Assembly: GCA_031276535.1 (NCBI GenBank)
Contig: JAISMV010000143.1
Location: forward strand, 1 to 54,943
DNA from: Flavobacteriaceae bacterium
Lineage (GTDB): Bacteria; Bacteroidota; Bacteroidia; Flavobacteriales; Weeksellaceae
DNA length: 54,943 nt
Direction: 5' to 3'
Position numbers and translations under genes: made by a program. Under the pieces are notes generated by a model, which saw only the letters and a list, made by a program, of their open reading frames with translations, was not told where the DNA came from and did no database searches. The first letter of the stretch is position 1, and each line of letters opens with the position of its first letter. Below, one piece after another: positions 8,796 through 19,965 of the stretch.

Positions 8796-10127
8796 ATGGG
8801 GAATAAGCTATTACTTAAAAATATTGATGTAGAAGGCATAAAAACTTTTGAAGTATTTAGAAAATACGGAGGATACGAAGCAGCGGAAAAAGCGCTGAAA
8901 ATGACTCCCGACGAAATATTGGAAGAGGTAAAGACCAGCGGTTTGAGAGGAAGGGGAGGAGCAGGGTTTCCTACAGGAATGAAATGGAGTTTTCTGGCTA
9001 AGCCCGAAGGAATTCCCCGTTATCTGGTGGTGAATGCAGACGAATCAGAGCCCGGTACCTTCAAAGACCGGTTTTTAATGGAGTACATTCCCCATCAGTT
9101 GATAGAAGGAATTCTTATATCTTCTTTTTGCCTGGGAGCCAATACCTCTTACATCTACATACGAGGAGAATATTCCTGGATTCCCGATATATTGGAACAT
9201 GCGATAAAAGAAGCCAAAGCCCACGGTTTTTTAGGTAAGAACATAAAGAATACGGGCTATGACTTGGAAATTTATGTTCAGAGAGGCGCAGGCGCTTATG
9301 TTTGCGGAGAAGAAACCGCCTTGTTGGAGTCTTTGGAAGGAAAGAGAGGAAATCCGAGATTGAAACCGCCTTTTCCGGCAGTGAAAGGATTGTATCAATG
9401 CCCGACAGTAGTAAACAATGTAGAAACCATAGCAACGATTCCGGCAATTATCTCCATAACCGGAGCGGAATATGCCAAATTAGGAGTAGGAAGATCCACA
9501 GGAACCAAGTTAATATCGGCTTGTGGAAATTTAAATAAACCGGGAGTATATGAAGTGGATTTTAATTTAAGCATAGAAGAGTTTATTTACAGCGAAGACT
9601 ACTGTGGAGGAATTCCGAATGGAAAAAAACTGAAAGCCTGTATTCCGGGAGGTTCCTCGGTTCCTGTTTTGCCGGCAAAACTGATATTGAAGACCGCTAA
9701 AGGAGAACCCCGTCTGATGAATTATGAAAGCATGGCAGATGGAGGTTTTGTCACAGGTACGGCATTAGGTTCCGGAGGTTTTATCGTGTTAGATGAAGAT
9801 CAGTGCGTGGTGAGGCATACGATGACCCTTGCCCGTTTTTATAATCATGAAAGTTGCGGACAATGTACCCCGTGTCGGGAAGGTACCGGCTGGATGTACA
9901 AAATTCTGAAAAAAATAGAAGAAGGAAAAGGAACCCATGAAGATATTGACCTTCTATGGAATATTCAAAGCAGGATAGAAGGAAATACCATTTGTCCTTT
10001 GGGTGATGCCGCGGCTTGGCCTGTAGCGGCAGCTATTCGTCATTTCAGAGATGAATTCGAATGGCATATTAATAATCCGGAATGTTTAGTAAGAAATTAT
10101 GGAATAGCGGATTATGCACCAGTTTAA
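8796..10127 (+). CDS. nuoF: NADH-quinone oxidoreductase subunit F
   Basis: SGLRGRGGAGFPTGMKW, NADESEPGTFKDR, GAGAYVCGEET, ESCGQCTPCREG. Confidence 0.97.
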   Translation: MGNKLLLKNIDVEGIKTFEVFRKYGGYEAAEKALKMTPDEILEEVKTSGLRGRGGAGFPTGMKWSFLAKPEGIPRYLVVNADESEPGTFKDRFLMEYIPHQLIEGILISSFCLGANTSYIYIRGEYSWIPDILEHAIKEAKAHGFLGKNIKNTGYDLEIYVQRGAGAYVCGEETALLESLEGKRGNPRLKPPFPAVKGLYQCPTVVNNVETIATIPAIISITGAEYAKLGVGRSTGTKLISACGNLNKPGVYEVDFNLSIEEFIYSEDYCGGIPNGKKLKACIPGGSSVPVLPAKLILKTAKGEPRLMNYESMADGGFVTGTALGSGGFIVLDEDQCVVRHTMTLARFYNHESCGQCTPCREGTGWMYKILKKIEEGKGTHEDIDLLWNIQSRIEGNTICPLGDAAAWPVAAAIRHFRDEFEWHINNPECLVRNYGIADYAPV

Positions 10128-10490
10128 CAAAAATAAAAGGTTGCCGGAATGCATCGGAACAATATCACAATTTTCCGGAAACAGATTCTTTGATCTAAAT
10201 GAAATAACCGTAAACAGGGATCAGGTTTAATTTACCGCCTGAAACCGGTGTTATTATAAATGATGGATACACCTTGCTTTAACAGGATGAGTATCGAATG
10301 TAAAAGTAAGAACAGGATAATTTTTTAGAAAAGGCGGTTTTTCCGAGAATGAAAATAAAGAAAAAACAGCCTTGCCTGATTTGAACTACGTTGGCAGTAC
10401 AGGTAAAAACATCTCAGGTTGTTCTGTACGTTCAGTAGAAACGTATCTTTGAATTTAGTTGCATTTTATAATGTAAGCAGTATAAAGCAA

Positions 10491-11483
10491 ATGAGCGAAG
10501 AAATAAATAAAATAAAAGTAACCATAGACGGAATCACCATAGAAGTGAATCCCGGGATTTCTATCGTGGAGGCAGCACGTCAGATTGGAGGAGCTTCAGT
10601 ACCTCCGACGATGTGTTATTATAGCAAGTTGGAAGGAAGCGGAGGACGTTGCCGCACCTGTTTGGTGGAAGTATCCAAAGGTTCTGAAAGAGACCCTCGT
10701 CCCATGCCGAAGCTGGTTCCGGCTTGTCGTACCGGTGTAATGGACGGGATGGAAGTGAAGGTTATCACTTCGGAAAGAGTAATACAAGCCGTGCAGGGGG
10801 TTACAGAATTTTTATTAATTAATCACCCTTTGGACTGTCCCATATGCGATCAGGCAGGAGAATGTAAATTGCAGGATTTGGTTTATGAGCACGGTCTGGA
10901 TAAAACCCGTTCGGAATTTCCGAGAAAAACGTTCCGTTCGGATGATTTAGGTCCGTACATAAAGCTGAATATGAATCGTTGCATTCTTTGCGCACGATGT
11001 GTTTTAGTAGCCAATCAATTAACAGACCGCAGAAACCATGGGATTTTATTCAGAGGAGATCATGCGGAAATCAGCACCTATCTGAATAAAGCAATTACCA
11101 ATGATTTTTCCGGAAACATGATAGATGTTTGTCCGGTGGGAGCTTTAACAGACAGAACCGCCAGATTTAAAAGCCGGGTTTGGTTCACAGAACCGGTAAA
11201 TGCCACCTGTAAATGTGGAAAATGCAGCGGAAAAGCCGTTTTATGGATGAAAGGAGATGAAATTGTCAGAGTTACCGCAAGGAAAGATAAATACAATGAA
11301 GTAGAAGAATTCATCTGTAATGAGTGTAGGTTTGAAAGAAAAGATTTAAAATATTGGAATATAGAAGGACCTGCTCATATTAGCAATCATTCCGTAGTTT
11401 CAGTCAATCATTATGAATCGTCTTTACCCAAAGATGATCCGCATTATTTAACAAAAAAGAATAAAGCTAAAACAATAGAATAA
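10491..11483 (+). CDS. nuoG: NADH-quinone oxidoreductase subunit G (short Bacteroidota form)
   Basis: CRTCLVE, NHPLDCPICDQAGECKLQD, RCILCARC, CPVGAL; likely start is ATG 10491. Confidence 0.93.
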   Translation: MSEEINKIKVTIDGITIEVNPGISIVEAARQIGGASVPPTMCYYSKLEGSGGRCRTCLVEVSKGSERDPRPMPKLVPACRTGVMDGMEVKVITSERVIQAVQGVTEFLLINHPLDCPICDQAGECKLQDLVYEHGLDKTRSEFPRKTFRSDDLGPYIKLNMNRCILCARCVLVANQLTDRRNHGILFRGDHAEISTYLNKAITNDFSGNMIDVCPVGALTDRTARFKSRVWFTEPVNATCKCGKCSGKAVLWMKGDEIVRVTARKDKYNEVEEFICNECRFERKDLKYWNIEGPAHISNHSVVSVNHYESSLPKDDPHYLTKKNKAKTIE

Positions 11484-11489
11484 AATAAT

Positions 11490-12518
11490 ATGTGGTTTAC
11501 AGTAACATTAGTCATTGTTTTATTTGTGATATGTCTGGGGGCAGCTGCCTATGAAACCTGGATGGAACGTAAAGTGGCAGCCTTCATGCAAGACCGGATA
11601 GGACCTAACCGGGCAGGTAAATACGGATTGTTGCAGCCCCTGTGTGACGGAGGAAAATTATTTTTCAAAGAAGATTTTGTTCCGAGAAATGCAGAAAAAT
11701 GGCTGTTTATTATTTCACCAGGGATACTGATGTTGATAGCATTGAGTACAGGCGCCGTAATTCCTTGGGGAAAATCTTTGTTTATCGGAGGAGAATCCTA
11801 TCAGGTACAGGTAACCAGCATTGATGTAGGAGTATTATATGTCATGGGAATAGTTTCTGTCGGAGTATATGGAATTATGTTGGGAGGATGGTCGTCAAAT
11901 AATAAATATTCCTTATTGGGAGCTGTCCGTGCCTCTTCACAAATGATTTCCTATGAATTGGCAATGGGATTATCCTTGTTATCCGTCATTATGATGTCCG
12001 GAACATTGGATTTGCGTACAATAGTGGAACAACAGGCAGGAAGCCTGTACGGAATGGGATGGAATATACTTTATCAACCTCTGGCATTCATTTTATTCGT
12101 GACCTGCTCCTTCGCCGAATTAAACAGAGCGCCTTTTGATCTGGCAGAATGTGAATCGGAGTTGGTAGGAGGGTATCATACGGAATACGGTTCCATGAAA
12201 TTTGGTACATTCTTATTTGCAGAATACATTAATATGTTTATAAGCTCTGCATTGATCAGTGCCCTGTTTTTTGGAGGATACAGCTTTCCGTTTATGAATG
12301 AGCTGGCTCAGAGTGGAACTTTAGGAGAAAACGCAATAGGAATTTTAAGCATAATTGCATTTCTGATAAAAATAACATTCTGTATATTTTGTTTCATGTG
12401 GGTGCGGTGGACATTGCCAAGGTTCAGATACGATCAGTTGATGCATCTGGGGTGGAGAATCATGATTCCTCTGGCTATTTTAAATTTATTGATAACAGCC
12501 TTTTTAGTAGTATTTTAA
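11490..12518 (+). CDS. nuoH: NADH-quinone oxidoreductase subunit H
   Basis: ERKVAAFMQDRIGPNRAG, NRAPFDLAECESELVGGYHTEY, PRFRYDQLM. Confidence 0.96.
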   Translation: MWFTVTLVIVLFVICLGAAAYETWMERKVAAFMQDRIGPNRAGKYGLLQPLCDGGKLFFKEDFVPRNAEKWLFIISPGILMLIALSTGAVIPWGKSLFIGGESYQVQVTSIDVGVLYVMGIVSVGVYGIMLGGWSSNNKYSLLGAVRASSQMISYELAMGLSLLSVIMMSGTLDLRTIVEQQAGSLYGMGWNILYQPLAFILFVTCSFAELNRAPFDLAECESELVGGYHTEYGSMKFGTFLFAEYINMFISSALISALFFGGYSFPFMNELAQSGTLGENAIGILSIIAFLIKITFCIFCFMWVRWTLPRFRYDQLMHLGWRIMIPLAILNLLITAFLVVF

Positions 12519-12554
12519 TTAAATTTCGAAAAAGCATAAAAATATACAAATTTC

Positions 12555-13097
12555 ATGCAACGTCTTACAAGTAAATCAAAAGTAGTTTCTAACAAAGAAA
12601 TGACCTTGAAAGAGAAAATTTATCTTCCCGCAATTTTTGGGGGAATGAAGATCACTTTCAGTCATTTTTTCAAAAAACCGATTACAATTGCCTATCCGGA
12701 AAAGAAAAGGAAATTTAGTCCCGTATACAGAGGCAGGCATGTACTAAAAAGAGATGATGAAGGACGTGAGCGTTGCACAGCCTGCGGTTTATGCGCCTTA
12801 GCCTGTCCTGCGGAAGCTATAACCATAGTTGCGGCAGAGAGAAATCCCGGAGAAGAAAATTTATATCGGGAAGAAAAATACGCGGAAAAATATGAAATTA
12901 ATATGTTGAGGTGTATTTTTTGCGGTATGTGTGAAGAAGCCTGCCCCAAGGAAGCGGTTTTTCTTACAGACAGATTGGTATTCCCGGAACAATTACGGAA
13001 GAACTTTGTCTATGGAAAAGATAAACTCGTAGAAATTATGGAGGAAAGAATAGATGTTTCACAAAGGCAAATAAAAAAATATTCAACAGAAAAATAA
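12555..13097 (+). CDS. nuoI: NADH-quinone oxidoreductase subunit I
   Basis: Two CxxCxxCxxxCP motifs. Confidence 0.96.
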   Translation: MQRLTSKSKVVSNKEMTLKEKIYLPAIFGGMKITFSHFFKKPITIAYPEKKRKFSPVYRGRHVLKRDDEGRERCTACGLCALACPAEAITIVAAERNPGEENLYREEKYAEKYEINMLRCIFCGMCEEACPKEAVFLTDRLVFPEQLRKNFVYGKDKLVEIMEERIDVSQRQIKKYSTEK

Positions 13098-13101
13098 GAA
13101 T

Positions 13102-13596
13102 ATGGAGGAAATTTTATTTTATCTTATATCCGCAGCGGCAATCATTAGTGCGCTTTTTGTTATTTTCAGCAAAAGCCCAATGTACAGCATTATTGCTCTG
13201 ATCATTACTTTTTTTTCCATATCAGGATTATATGTTATGCTCAATGCCCAATTTTTAGGCGCTGTGCAGATCATTGTATACTCAGGAGCAATCATGGTAT
13301 TATTTCTCTATGTATTGATGATGTTAAATCTGAAAGAAAAGGACGAACCGTTGAAAGAAGGATCATTCAGAATATTGGCTACCATCTGCGGAGGATTGGT
13401 TTTTATCGGTTTTACCGGAGCATTGAAAGGGTATCAGGAAATTGATTTCCCGATAAATCCGGACAGTCAGATAGGATTAACTAAAAACTTAGGACATCTG
13501 TTATTTAATAAATATGTCTTACCGTTTGAACTGGCAGGTATCTTATTTTTAGCAGCCTTAGTAGGGGCAGTAATGATAGGAAAAAGAGATTTATAA
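13102..13596 (+). CDS. nuoJ: NADH-quinone oxidoreductase subunit J
   Basis: QIIVYSGAIMVLFLYV, YVLPFELA. Confidence 0.94.
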   Translation: MEEILFYLISAAAIISALFVIFSKSPMYSIIALIITFFSISGLYVMLNAQFLGAVQIIVYSGAIMVLFLYVLMMLNLKEKDEPLKEGSFRILATICGGLVFIGFTGALKGYQEIDFPINPDSQIGLTKNLGHLLFNKYVLPFELAGILFLAALVGAVMIGKRDL

Positions 13597-13626
13597 CAAA
13601 AAATATTTTTGAAATAAGAAAAAGAA

Positions 13627-13950
13627 ATGGTAAACAGTTTACTTCAAAGCGTACCGATAGATTATTTTATATACTTATCCGCTTTACTTTTTTGCATAGG
13701 CGTTACAGGGGTATTAGTAAGAAGAAATGCTATCATTATTTTGGGATGCATTGAGTTGATGCTAAATTCGGTTAACTTGTTGTTAGCGGCATTTTCCGCA
13801 TATAAAGGAGATGCAGACGGACAAATTCTGGTTTTCTTTATCATGGTGGTTGCGGCAGCTGAAGTAGCGGTCGGGCTGGCTATTATTACCATGCTATATA
13901 GAAATACACGTTCCGTAGATGTAAGTTTATTTAACAGATTAAAGGGATAG
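13627..13950 (+). CDS. nuoK: NADH-quinone oxidoreductase subunit K
   Basis: [22 protein letters not shown]. Confidence 0.95.
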   Translation: MVNSLLQSVPIDYFIYLSALLFCIGVTGVLVRRNAIIILGCIELMLNSVNLLLAAFSAYKGDADGQILVFFIMVVAAAEVAVGLAIITMLYRNTRSVDVSLFNRLKG

Positions 13951-13953
13951 CAG

Positions 13954-15846
13954 ATGGAGAATATAATTTTTTTAATACCGGTTTTACCCCTGATAGGGTT
14001 TATCATATGCGGGCTTTTTGGAAGCAAAATACCAAAATCAGCAATAGGAACCGTTGCAAATTTAGCAGTCTGGATTCCGTTCTTTTTATCGGTGTATTTG
14101 TTTTATTCCTTTACAGAACCGATAAAAGCTACTATGTTTACCTGGTTTTCAATAGACGATTTCAAAGTAAATTTTTCTTTCCAGATAGATCAATTATCCT
14201 TGGTTATGATGATGATTGTTACCGGTATCGGATCCCTGATTCATCTGTATTCCATAGGATATATGCATGACGATAAAGGATTTTATAAATTCTTCTCGTA
14301 CCTGAATCTGTTTATTTTCTCTATGCTTTTGCTGGTAATGGGAAGTAATTTCCTGATCTTATTCATCGGCTGGGAAGGAGTAGGGTTCTGTTCGTATCTT
14401 CTCATAGGATTCTGGTATAAGAATAAAGAATACGGATATGCTGCCAGAAAGGCTTTTGTAATGAACCGAATAGGAGATTTAGGATTGTTGTTGGGAATCT
14501 TTTTAGTGGCTTTTTATTTTGGAAGCATTGAATATACGGATATTTCAGCATTAGCGGTGAATTTCAATCCCAATGATCCGGTATTAATAGCGGCAACTGT
14601 TTTCTTGTTTATAGGAGCAATGGGGAAATCGGCTCAGATTCCTTTATATACCTGGTTGCCCGATGCGATGGCCGGTCCCACTCCGGTTTCGGCATTGATC
14701 CATGCCGCAACGATGGTTACGGCAGGTATCTATCTGGTTATTCGTTCCAATGCTATTTATACTCTGGCTCCGCTTACTTTGGATCTTATCATGTATATAG
14801 GATTGGCTACTTCCATTTTAGCGGCTTTCATCGGATTAAGACAAAACGACATCAAAAAAGTATTGGCTTATTCCACAGTGTCTCAGTTGGGGCTGATGTT
14901 TGTAGCCTTAGGAGTCGGAGCTTTTTCTGCGGCTTTGTTCCATGTTACAACCCATGCATTTTTTAAAGCATTGTTGTTTTTAGGAGCAGGAAGTGTAATT
15001 CATGCCATGAGTGGGGAACAGGATATGAGATACATGGGAGGATTGAGAAAGAAAATACCGGTTACTTATATTACATTTTTAATAGCTACCTTAGCCATAT
15101 GCGGAATACCTCCATTGGCAGGAATGTTTTCCAAAGATGAAATTTTGGTAGCCATTTGGGAAAAGAATAAAATAATTTGGGGACTGACTCTTTTCTCCGC
15201 GGCGTTAACCTGCATCTATATGTTTAGATTATTGTTTCTTACGTTTTTCGGAGATTTTAGAGGAACGAGAGAACAAGAAAAACACGTACACGAAAGTCCT
15301 TCGGTGATGACTGTTCCTTTGCTGATACTGGCCCTGCTGACAATAGTAGGAGGAGCATTGAATCTGCCCCATTATTTGGGAGAAGGAATTTCTCAAAAGA
15401 TGCACCATTGGCTAAGTCCTGTATATGTGAACTTACATTCACATGCAGAACCTTCATTTACGACAGAAATGATGTTGTTGGGAATAACGCTGGCAGTAGT
15501 GGCTGTCGTATCATTTGCAACCTATAATAAATATGTTGTTAGAAAAGCACAAGCCGATATTGTGGAAAATATGACCGGATGGGAAAAATATTCCGCCCAT
15601 GCAGCCTATGTTAATGAATTGTATAATGAAATTGTAGTTAACCCTACCATAAGTTTAGGAAGATTTCTGAAAAATGTAGTGGATAAATATGTTATAAATG
15701 GAGTAGTGGAAGGAACGGCGAAAGCAGTAAGAGGATGTGGAAATGTATTTCGGTTCGTACAGAACGGAAACGTTGAATTCTATGTTTTTGTCATGTCCAT
15801 AGGAATATTTGTTCTGTTGTTGGTTTCAGGATTTTTAAGTCATTAA
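13954..15846 (+). CDS. nuoL: NADH-quinone oxidoreductase subunit L
   Basis: GKSAQIPLYTWLPDAMAGPTPVSALIHAATMV, THAFFKALLFL. Confidence 0.96.
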   Translation: MENIIFLIPVLPLIGFIICGLFGSKIPKSAIGTVANLAVWIPFFLSVYLFYSFTEPIKATMFTWFSIDDFKVNFSFQIDQLSLVMMMIVTGIGSLIHLYSIGYMHDDKGFYKFFSYLNLFIFSMLLLVMGSNFLILFIGWEGVGFCSYLLIGFWYKNKEYGYAARKAFVMNRIGDLGLLLGIFLVAFYFGSIEYTDISALAVNFNPNDPVLIAATVFLFIGAMGKSAQIPLYTWLPDAMAGPTPVSALIHAATMVTAGIYLVIRSNAIYTLAPLTLDLIMYIGLATSILAAFIGLRQNDIKKVLAYSTVSQLGLMFVALGVGAFSAALFHVTTHAFFKALLFLGAGSVIHAMSGEQDMRYMGGLRKKIPVTYITFLIATLAICGIPPLAGMFSKDEILVAIWEKNKIIWGLTLFSAALTCIYMFRLLFLTFFGDFRGTREQEKHVHESPSVMTVPLLILALLTIVGGALNLPHYLGEGISQKMHHWLSPVYVNLHSHAEPSFTTEMMLLGITLAVVAVVSFATYNKYVVRKAQADIVENMTGWEKYSAHAAYVNELYNEIVVNPTISLGRFLKNVVDKYVINGVVEGTAKAVRGCGNVFRFVQNGNVEFYVFVMSIGIFVLLLVSGFLSH

Positions 15847-15874
15847 TTAAAATATAATAAAGTAAATAGATATA

Positions 15875-17347
15875 ATGTTAACCTTAACGATATTACTTTT
15901 ACCCATCATTGGATCCGGATTATTATTTGCCTTTCGGGGTTCTGAGTCAAAATATATAGCCCTTGGTATAGCTTTAATAGAGTTTATACTAACCGCTTTT
16001 CTTTGGTACGGATTTAAAGCAAATTCCGGTATTCAGTATGAAATAGGACAGGGGTTGTTCTTTTCTCCAATAAGATCAACAGCACATTTTGGAGTAGACG
16101 GATTATCTCTGCTAATGCTTCTGTTAACTAATACCCTGGTTCCTGTTATTATATATTCCGCATTTAAAGACGAGCGTCCCTCCGGTTTTTATGCCCTGAT
16201 CTTACTGATGCAATTTGGGCTGGTTGGAATTTTCACCTCTTTAGACGGATTGTTGTTTTATATCTTTTGGGAAGTAACATTGGTTCCGATTTGGTTTATT
16301 TGCGGACTGTTCGGTACAGGAGAAAACAGGTTAAGAATTAATTTAAAATTCTTTATCTATACATTTTTCGGATCACTATTCATGTTAGTGGCTTTGATCT
16401 ATGTTTACTTACAGGCAGGATCGTTTGATCTGCAGGCATTATATTCTGCGAAAATATCTTCCGAAGCTCAGGTAGTCGTATTCTGGATGTTATTCCTTGC
16501 TTTTGCCATCAAGTTGCCTGTTTTCCCGTTTCATACCTGGCAGGCAGACACCTATGCCATGGCTCCTACTCAGGGTTCCATGCTGTTAGCCGGAATTATG
16601 TTGAAAATGGGAGTTTTCGGTATGATAAAATATCTTTTACCACTCACTCCGGAAGCAATAGGAGGAGTTTCAGGATACGTAGCCTTATCGTTATCCGTTA
16701 TAGGAATTGTATATGCGTCTTTAATCGCTGTTGTTCAGAAAGATATAAAACGCTTGCTCGCTTTTTCATCCATGGCACACGTAGGATTGATTGCGGCAGG
16801 TATTTTCTCCGGAGCAATTGCTACCGTGAATTACGGATTAGACCTGACCGGAATAGAAGGAGCGTCTGTCCAGATGCTGGCACATGGCGTAAATGTAGTG
16901 GGACTTTTTTATGTGGCAGATATTCTGATTAAAAAATTTAAAACCCGGGATTTAACCCAAATGGGAGGATTAGCTTCCAAGGCTCCGGTTTTTGCCGTTC
17001 TATTCATGATCATTTCCATAGCTACTATGGCGGTTCCGTTAACTAACGCCTTTATTGGAGAATTTTTATTATTGAAAAGTATTTTTACAATAAGCACTTT
17101 GGGAACAATTTTTGCCGGATTAACCTTAATTCTGTGTGCAGTTTATGTGACTAAAATGTATGGAATGTCCATGTTTGGCAGAGGGAATGAAGAATTTTTG
17201 GAAAAACAACAGGACATTTCCATAGAAGCAAAAGTAGGATTAGGAGCTTTAGTGGTTTTGGCTTTGGTTTTCGGTGTATACCCTCAGCCATTGCTAAATT
17301 TATCTTCGGAATCGGCAACTCAGATCTTAACTTTACTGATAAAATAA
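15875..17347 (+). CDS. nuoM: NADH-quinone oxidoreductase subunit M
   Basis: FYIFWE, AIKLPVFPFHTW, LAGIMLKMG. Confidence 0.95.
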   Translation: MLTLTILLLPIIGSGLLFAFRGSESKYIALGIALIEFILTAFLWYGFKANSGIQYEIGQGLFFSPIRSTAHFGVDGLSLLMLLLTNTLVPVIIYSAFKDERPSGFYALILLMQFGLVGIFTSLDGLLFYIFWEVTLVPIWFICGLFGTGENRLRINLKFFIYTFFGSLFMLVALIYVYLQAGSFDLQALYSAKISSEAQVVVFWMLFLAFAIKLPVFPFHTWQADTYAMAPTQGSMLLAGIMLKMGVFGMIKYLLPLTPEAIGGVSGYVALSLSVIGIVYASLIAVVQKDIKRLLAFSSMAHVGLIAAGIFSGAIATVNYGLDLTGIEGASVQMLAHGVNVVGLFYVADILIKKFKTRDLTQMGGLASKAPVFAVLFMIISIATMAVPLTNAFIGEFLLLKSIFTISTLGTIFAGLTLILCAVYVTKMYGMSMFGRGNEEFLEKQQDISIEAKVGLGALVVLALVFGVYPQPLLNLSSESATQILTLLIK

Positions 17348-17690
17348 AAAGTAAGGGTATCTTTAGGGATTATTTTAAGAGAACCGTTTCCTTTTGAAGA
17401 ATAAAATTCGAGTCTCTTTCCGGAGGCAGGATAAGATGGGTATGGGGAATTTTTTTATCCGGAATTTCATGAAGTTGTAATAAATGCTTCGCACGGCATC
17501 AAAAATATTCATCTTTTTATTAGTATATTTGCATGCAGAAAATTCATCACCCATGATGTCAACGATAGTTTCACTGTTTTCTGTTTACGGTTGCTTTAAA
17601 ATGTCTTCTTTTTTAGTTAAAGTGATGATAAATTTTCTTTTCAGTTGTTCGTATCAAATTAAAAATCAATAAAAAACTCTCTATAAGATA

Positions 17691-18398
17691 ATGAAATATA
17701 AAAGAATACTTTTAAAACTCAGTGGAGAAGCTTTAATGGGAAACCAGCAATGCGGCATAGATTCCACAATACTTCAAAATTATTCCGAACAAATAAAAGA
17801 AATAGTGGAAATAGGAGTTGAAGTAGCCGTTGTAATAGGTGGAGGAAATATTTTCAGAGGGGTGTCGGGTGCTGCTACGGGAATAGACCGAGTTCAGGGA
17901 GATTACATGGGAATGCTCGCAACTGTAATTAACGGAATGGCGCTTCAAAGCTCTTTGGAATCAATCGGAGTAAAAACCCGTCTCCAGACATCCATCAGGA
18001 TGGAACAGGTTGCAGAACCTTTCATAAAAAGAAAGGCCGAACGTCATTTGGAAAAAGGAAGAGTAGTTATTTTCGGTGCAGGTACCGGAAATCCGTATTT
18101 TACCACAGATACGGCAGCCACTTTGAAAGCTATCGAAATAAATGCTGAAGTCATCTTAAAAGGAACACGTGTAGACGGAATTTATGATGTAGATCCCGAA
18201 AAAAATGAAAATGCCGTGAAATTTAATAGCATTTCTTTTGAAGAAGTTTATGAAAAAGGACTTAAAATCATGGATATGACGGCTTTTACGCTAAGTCAGG
18301 AAAACAAAATTCCTATTATTGTTTTTGATATGAACAAAGAAGGAAACTTAAAAAAGATAGTTGAAGGAAAAGAAGTAGGAACTATAGTTACCATTTAA
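17691..18398 (+). CDS. pyrH: Uridylate kinase
   Basis: [28 protein letters not shown]. Confidence 0.97.
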   Translation: MKYKRILLKLSGEALMGNQQCGIDSTILQNYSEQIKEIVEIGVEVAVVIGGGNIFRGVSGAATGIDRVQGDYMGMLATVINGMALQSSLESIGVKTRLQTSIRMEQVAEPFIKRKAERHLEKGRVVIFGAGTGNPYFTTDTAATLKAIEINAEVILKGTRVDGIYDVDPEKNENAVKFNSISFEEVYEKGLKIMDMTAFTLSQENKIPIIVFDMNKEGNLKKIVEGKEVGTIVTI

Positions 18399-18441
18399 AT
18401 AATTTAAAAACTTATATTTACCAGATATTTATCTTAAAATT

Positions 18442-18996
18442 ATGGAAGAGCTAGAATTAATAATTGATACAACAAAAGAAAGTATGGATTTGTCAATCGA
18501 GCATTTAAAGAGTGCTTTTAGCAAAATCCGTGCAGGGAGAGCCAATCCGGCAGTTATTCAATCTATTTTGGTAGAATATTACGGAGCTCCTACTCCGTTA
18601 TCTCAGGTTGCTAATATTTCTGCTCCTGACGGGATGACTTTAAGTATACAGCCTTGGGACAGGTCTGTTTTAGGAGCCATAGAAAAAGCCATTTTTCAGG
18701 CTAATATGGGACTTACTCCCAATAATAATGGGGAAATTATTATCATCAACATTCCTCCATTAACGGGAGAACGAAGAAAAGAACTCGTGAAACAGGCAAA
18801 ACTTGAGTGCGAAAATTCCAAGGTAGGTATTCGGCAGGCCCGGCAGGAAGCCAAGAATAGTATCAAAAAATCAGATAGCCTGTCCGATGATCAAAAGAAA
18901 GACGGAGAAGCACAAATTCAGGATCTTACAGATAAGTATGTTAAAATAACTGAAGAGCATCTGGCAAAAAAAGAAAAAGAAATAATGTCCGTATAA
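18442..18996 (+). CDS. frr: Ribosome recycling factor
   Basis: IRAGRANP, YYGAPTPLSQVANI, PPLTGERRKEL; follows pyrH. Confidence 0.97.
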   Translation: MEELELIIDTTKESMDLSIEHLKSAFSKIRAGRANPAVIQSILVEYYGAPTPLSQVANISAPDGMTLSIQPWDRSVLGAIEKAIFQANMGLTPNNNGEIIIINIPPLTGERRKELVKQAKLECENSKVGIRQARQEAKNSIKKSDSLSDDQKKDGEAQIQDLTDKYVKITEEHLAKKEKEIMSV

Positions 18997-19105
18997 TTAA
19001 GAATTATACTTTATCTATAAGATCAATTCCTTTCTTTAATATAAGAACCGGTTTTTTTATCTAAAGTGTAAGGTATTGTTTTTTGAAGAAGATTTGTAAA
19101 TAAGA

Positions 19106-19960
19106 ATGTCAAAAAAAATAAGCATTATCGGGTTAGGATTAATCGGTGGCTCTATGGCGCTTGACCTAAAGAAAAGCGGATTTGCGTCGGAAATTATAGG
19201 AACTGATAAATCCAAACTTCATGAACAACAAGCTCTGGAATTAGGAATTGCCGATAAAATCCTGCCATTGGAGGAAGCCGTACAAAGTTCCGGTTTGGTT
19301 ATTCTGTCTACCCCTGTGGATGTAAGCCTTAGACTTCTTCCGTATATTCTGGATATTCTTCCTTCCGATTCAATAGTTATGGATGTCGGTTCCACCAAAT
19401 CTTCTTTAATGGAAAAAGTAAAAGCGCATCCTAACCGTAAATCTTACGTACCTTCACATCCGATGGCAGGAACGGAATACAGCGGACCTACAGCTGCCTT
19501 TCATGGCTTATTTAAAGATAAGGTGGCTATTATATGCAATTCGGAAGACTCTTTTCCCAAAGCGGTAAATCTCGTCTCGGAATTATATTTTCATTTAGGC
19601 TCCCGTTTAATTCTTATGGATTCCGAATCTCACGATGAACACGTGGGCTATGTTTCTCATCTTTCTCACGCCATATCCTATGCTTTGGCTGTAGCCGTTC
19701 TGGAAAAAGAAAAAGACGATTCAGCCATATTTAATCTTGCTTCCGGAGGTTTTGCCTCTACGGTTCGATTGGCAAAAAGTTCCGTAGATATGTGGCTTCC
19801 CATTTTTGAACAAAACTCCAAACATATCCTTCCAATTATCAACACCTATCTGGATAAGCTCAACCTGTTCAAGTCCTATTTGGAAAAAGGAGAAACGGAA
19901 AAATTATCGGACTTTATTAAGGAAGCAAACCGAATAAAAACCAAATTGGAAAAGAAGTAA
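19106..19960 (+). CDS. tyrA: Prephenate dehydrogenase
   Basis: GLGLIGGS, DVGSTK, HPMAGTE, HDEHVGYVSHLSH. Confidence 0.92.
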   Translation: MSKKISIIGLGLIGGSMALDLKKSGFASEIIGTDKSKLHEQQALELGIADKILPLEEAVQSSGLVILSTPVDVSLRLLPYILDILPSDSIVMDVGSTKSSLMEKVKAHPNRKSYVPSHPMAGTEYSGPTAAFHGLFKDKVAIICNSEDSFPKAVNLVSELYFHLGSRLILMDSESHDEHVGYVSHLSHAISYALAVAVLEKEKDDSAIFNLASGGFASTVRLAKSSVDMWLPIFEQNSKHILPIINTYLDKLNLFKSYLEKGETEKLSDFIKEANRIKTKLEKK

Positions 19961-19965
19961 ATTCT

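Noticed and set aside
10491-11483. NuoG much shorter than the proteobacterial protein (possible truncation)
   Set aside because: Short NuoG lacking the C-terminal molybdopterin-like domain is normal in Bacteroidota; Fe-S motifs are intact and nuoH follows after 6 bp.
17484-17672. 62-aa ORF between nuoM and pyrH (possible nuoN remnant)
   Set aside because: No NuoN motifs recognised; it spans a TATATTTG promoter box (17524-17531) likely serving pyrH.
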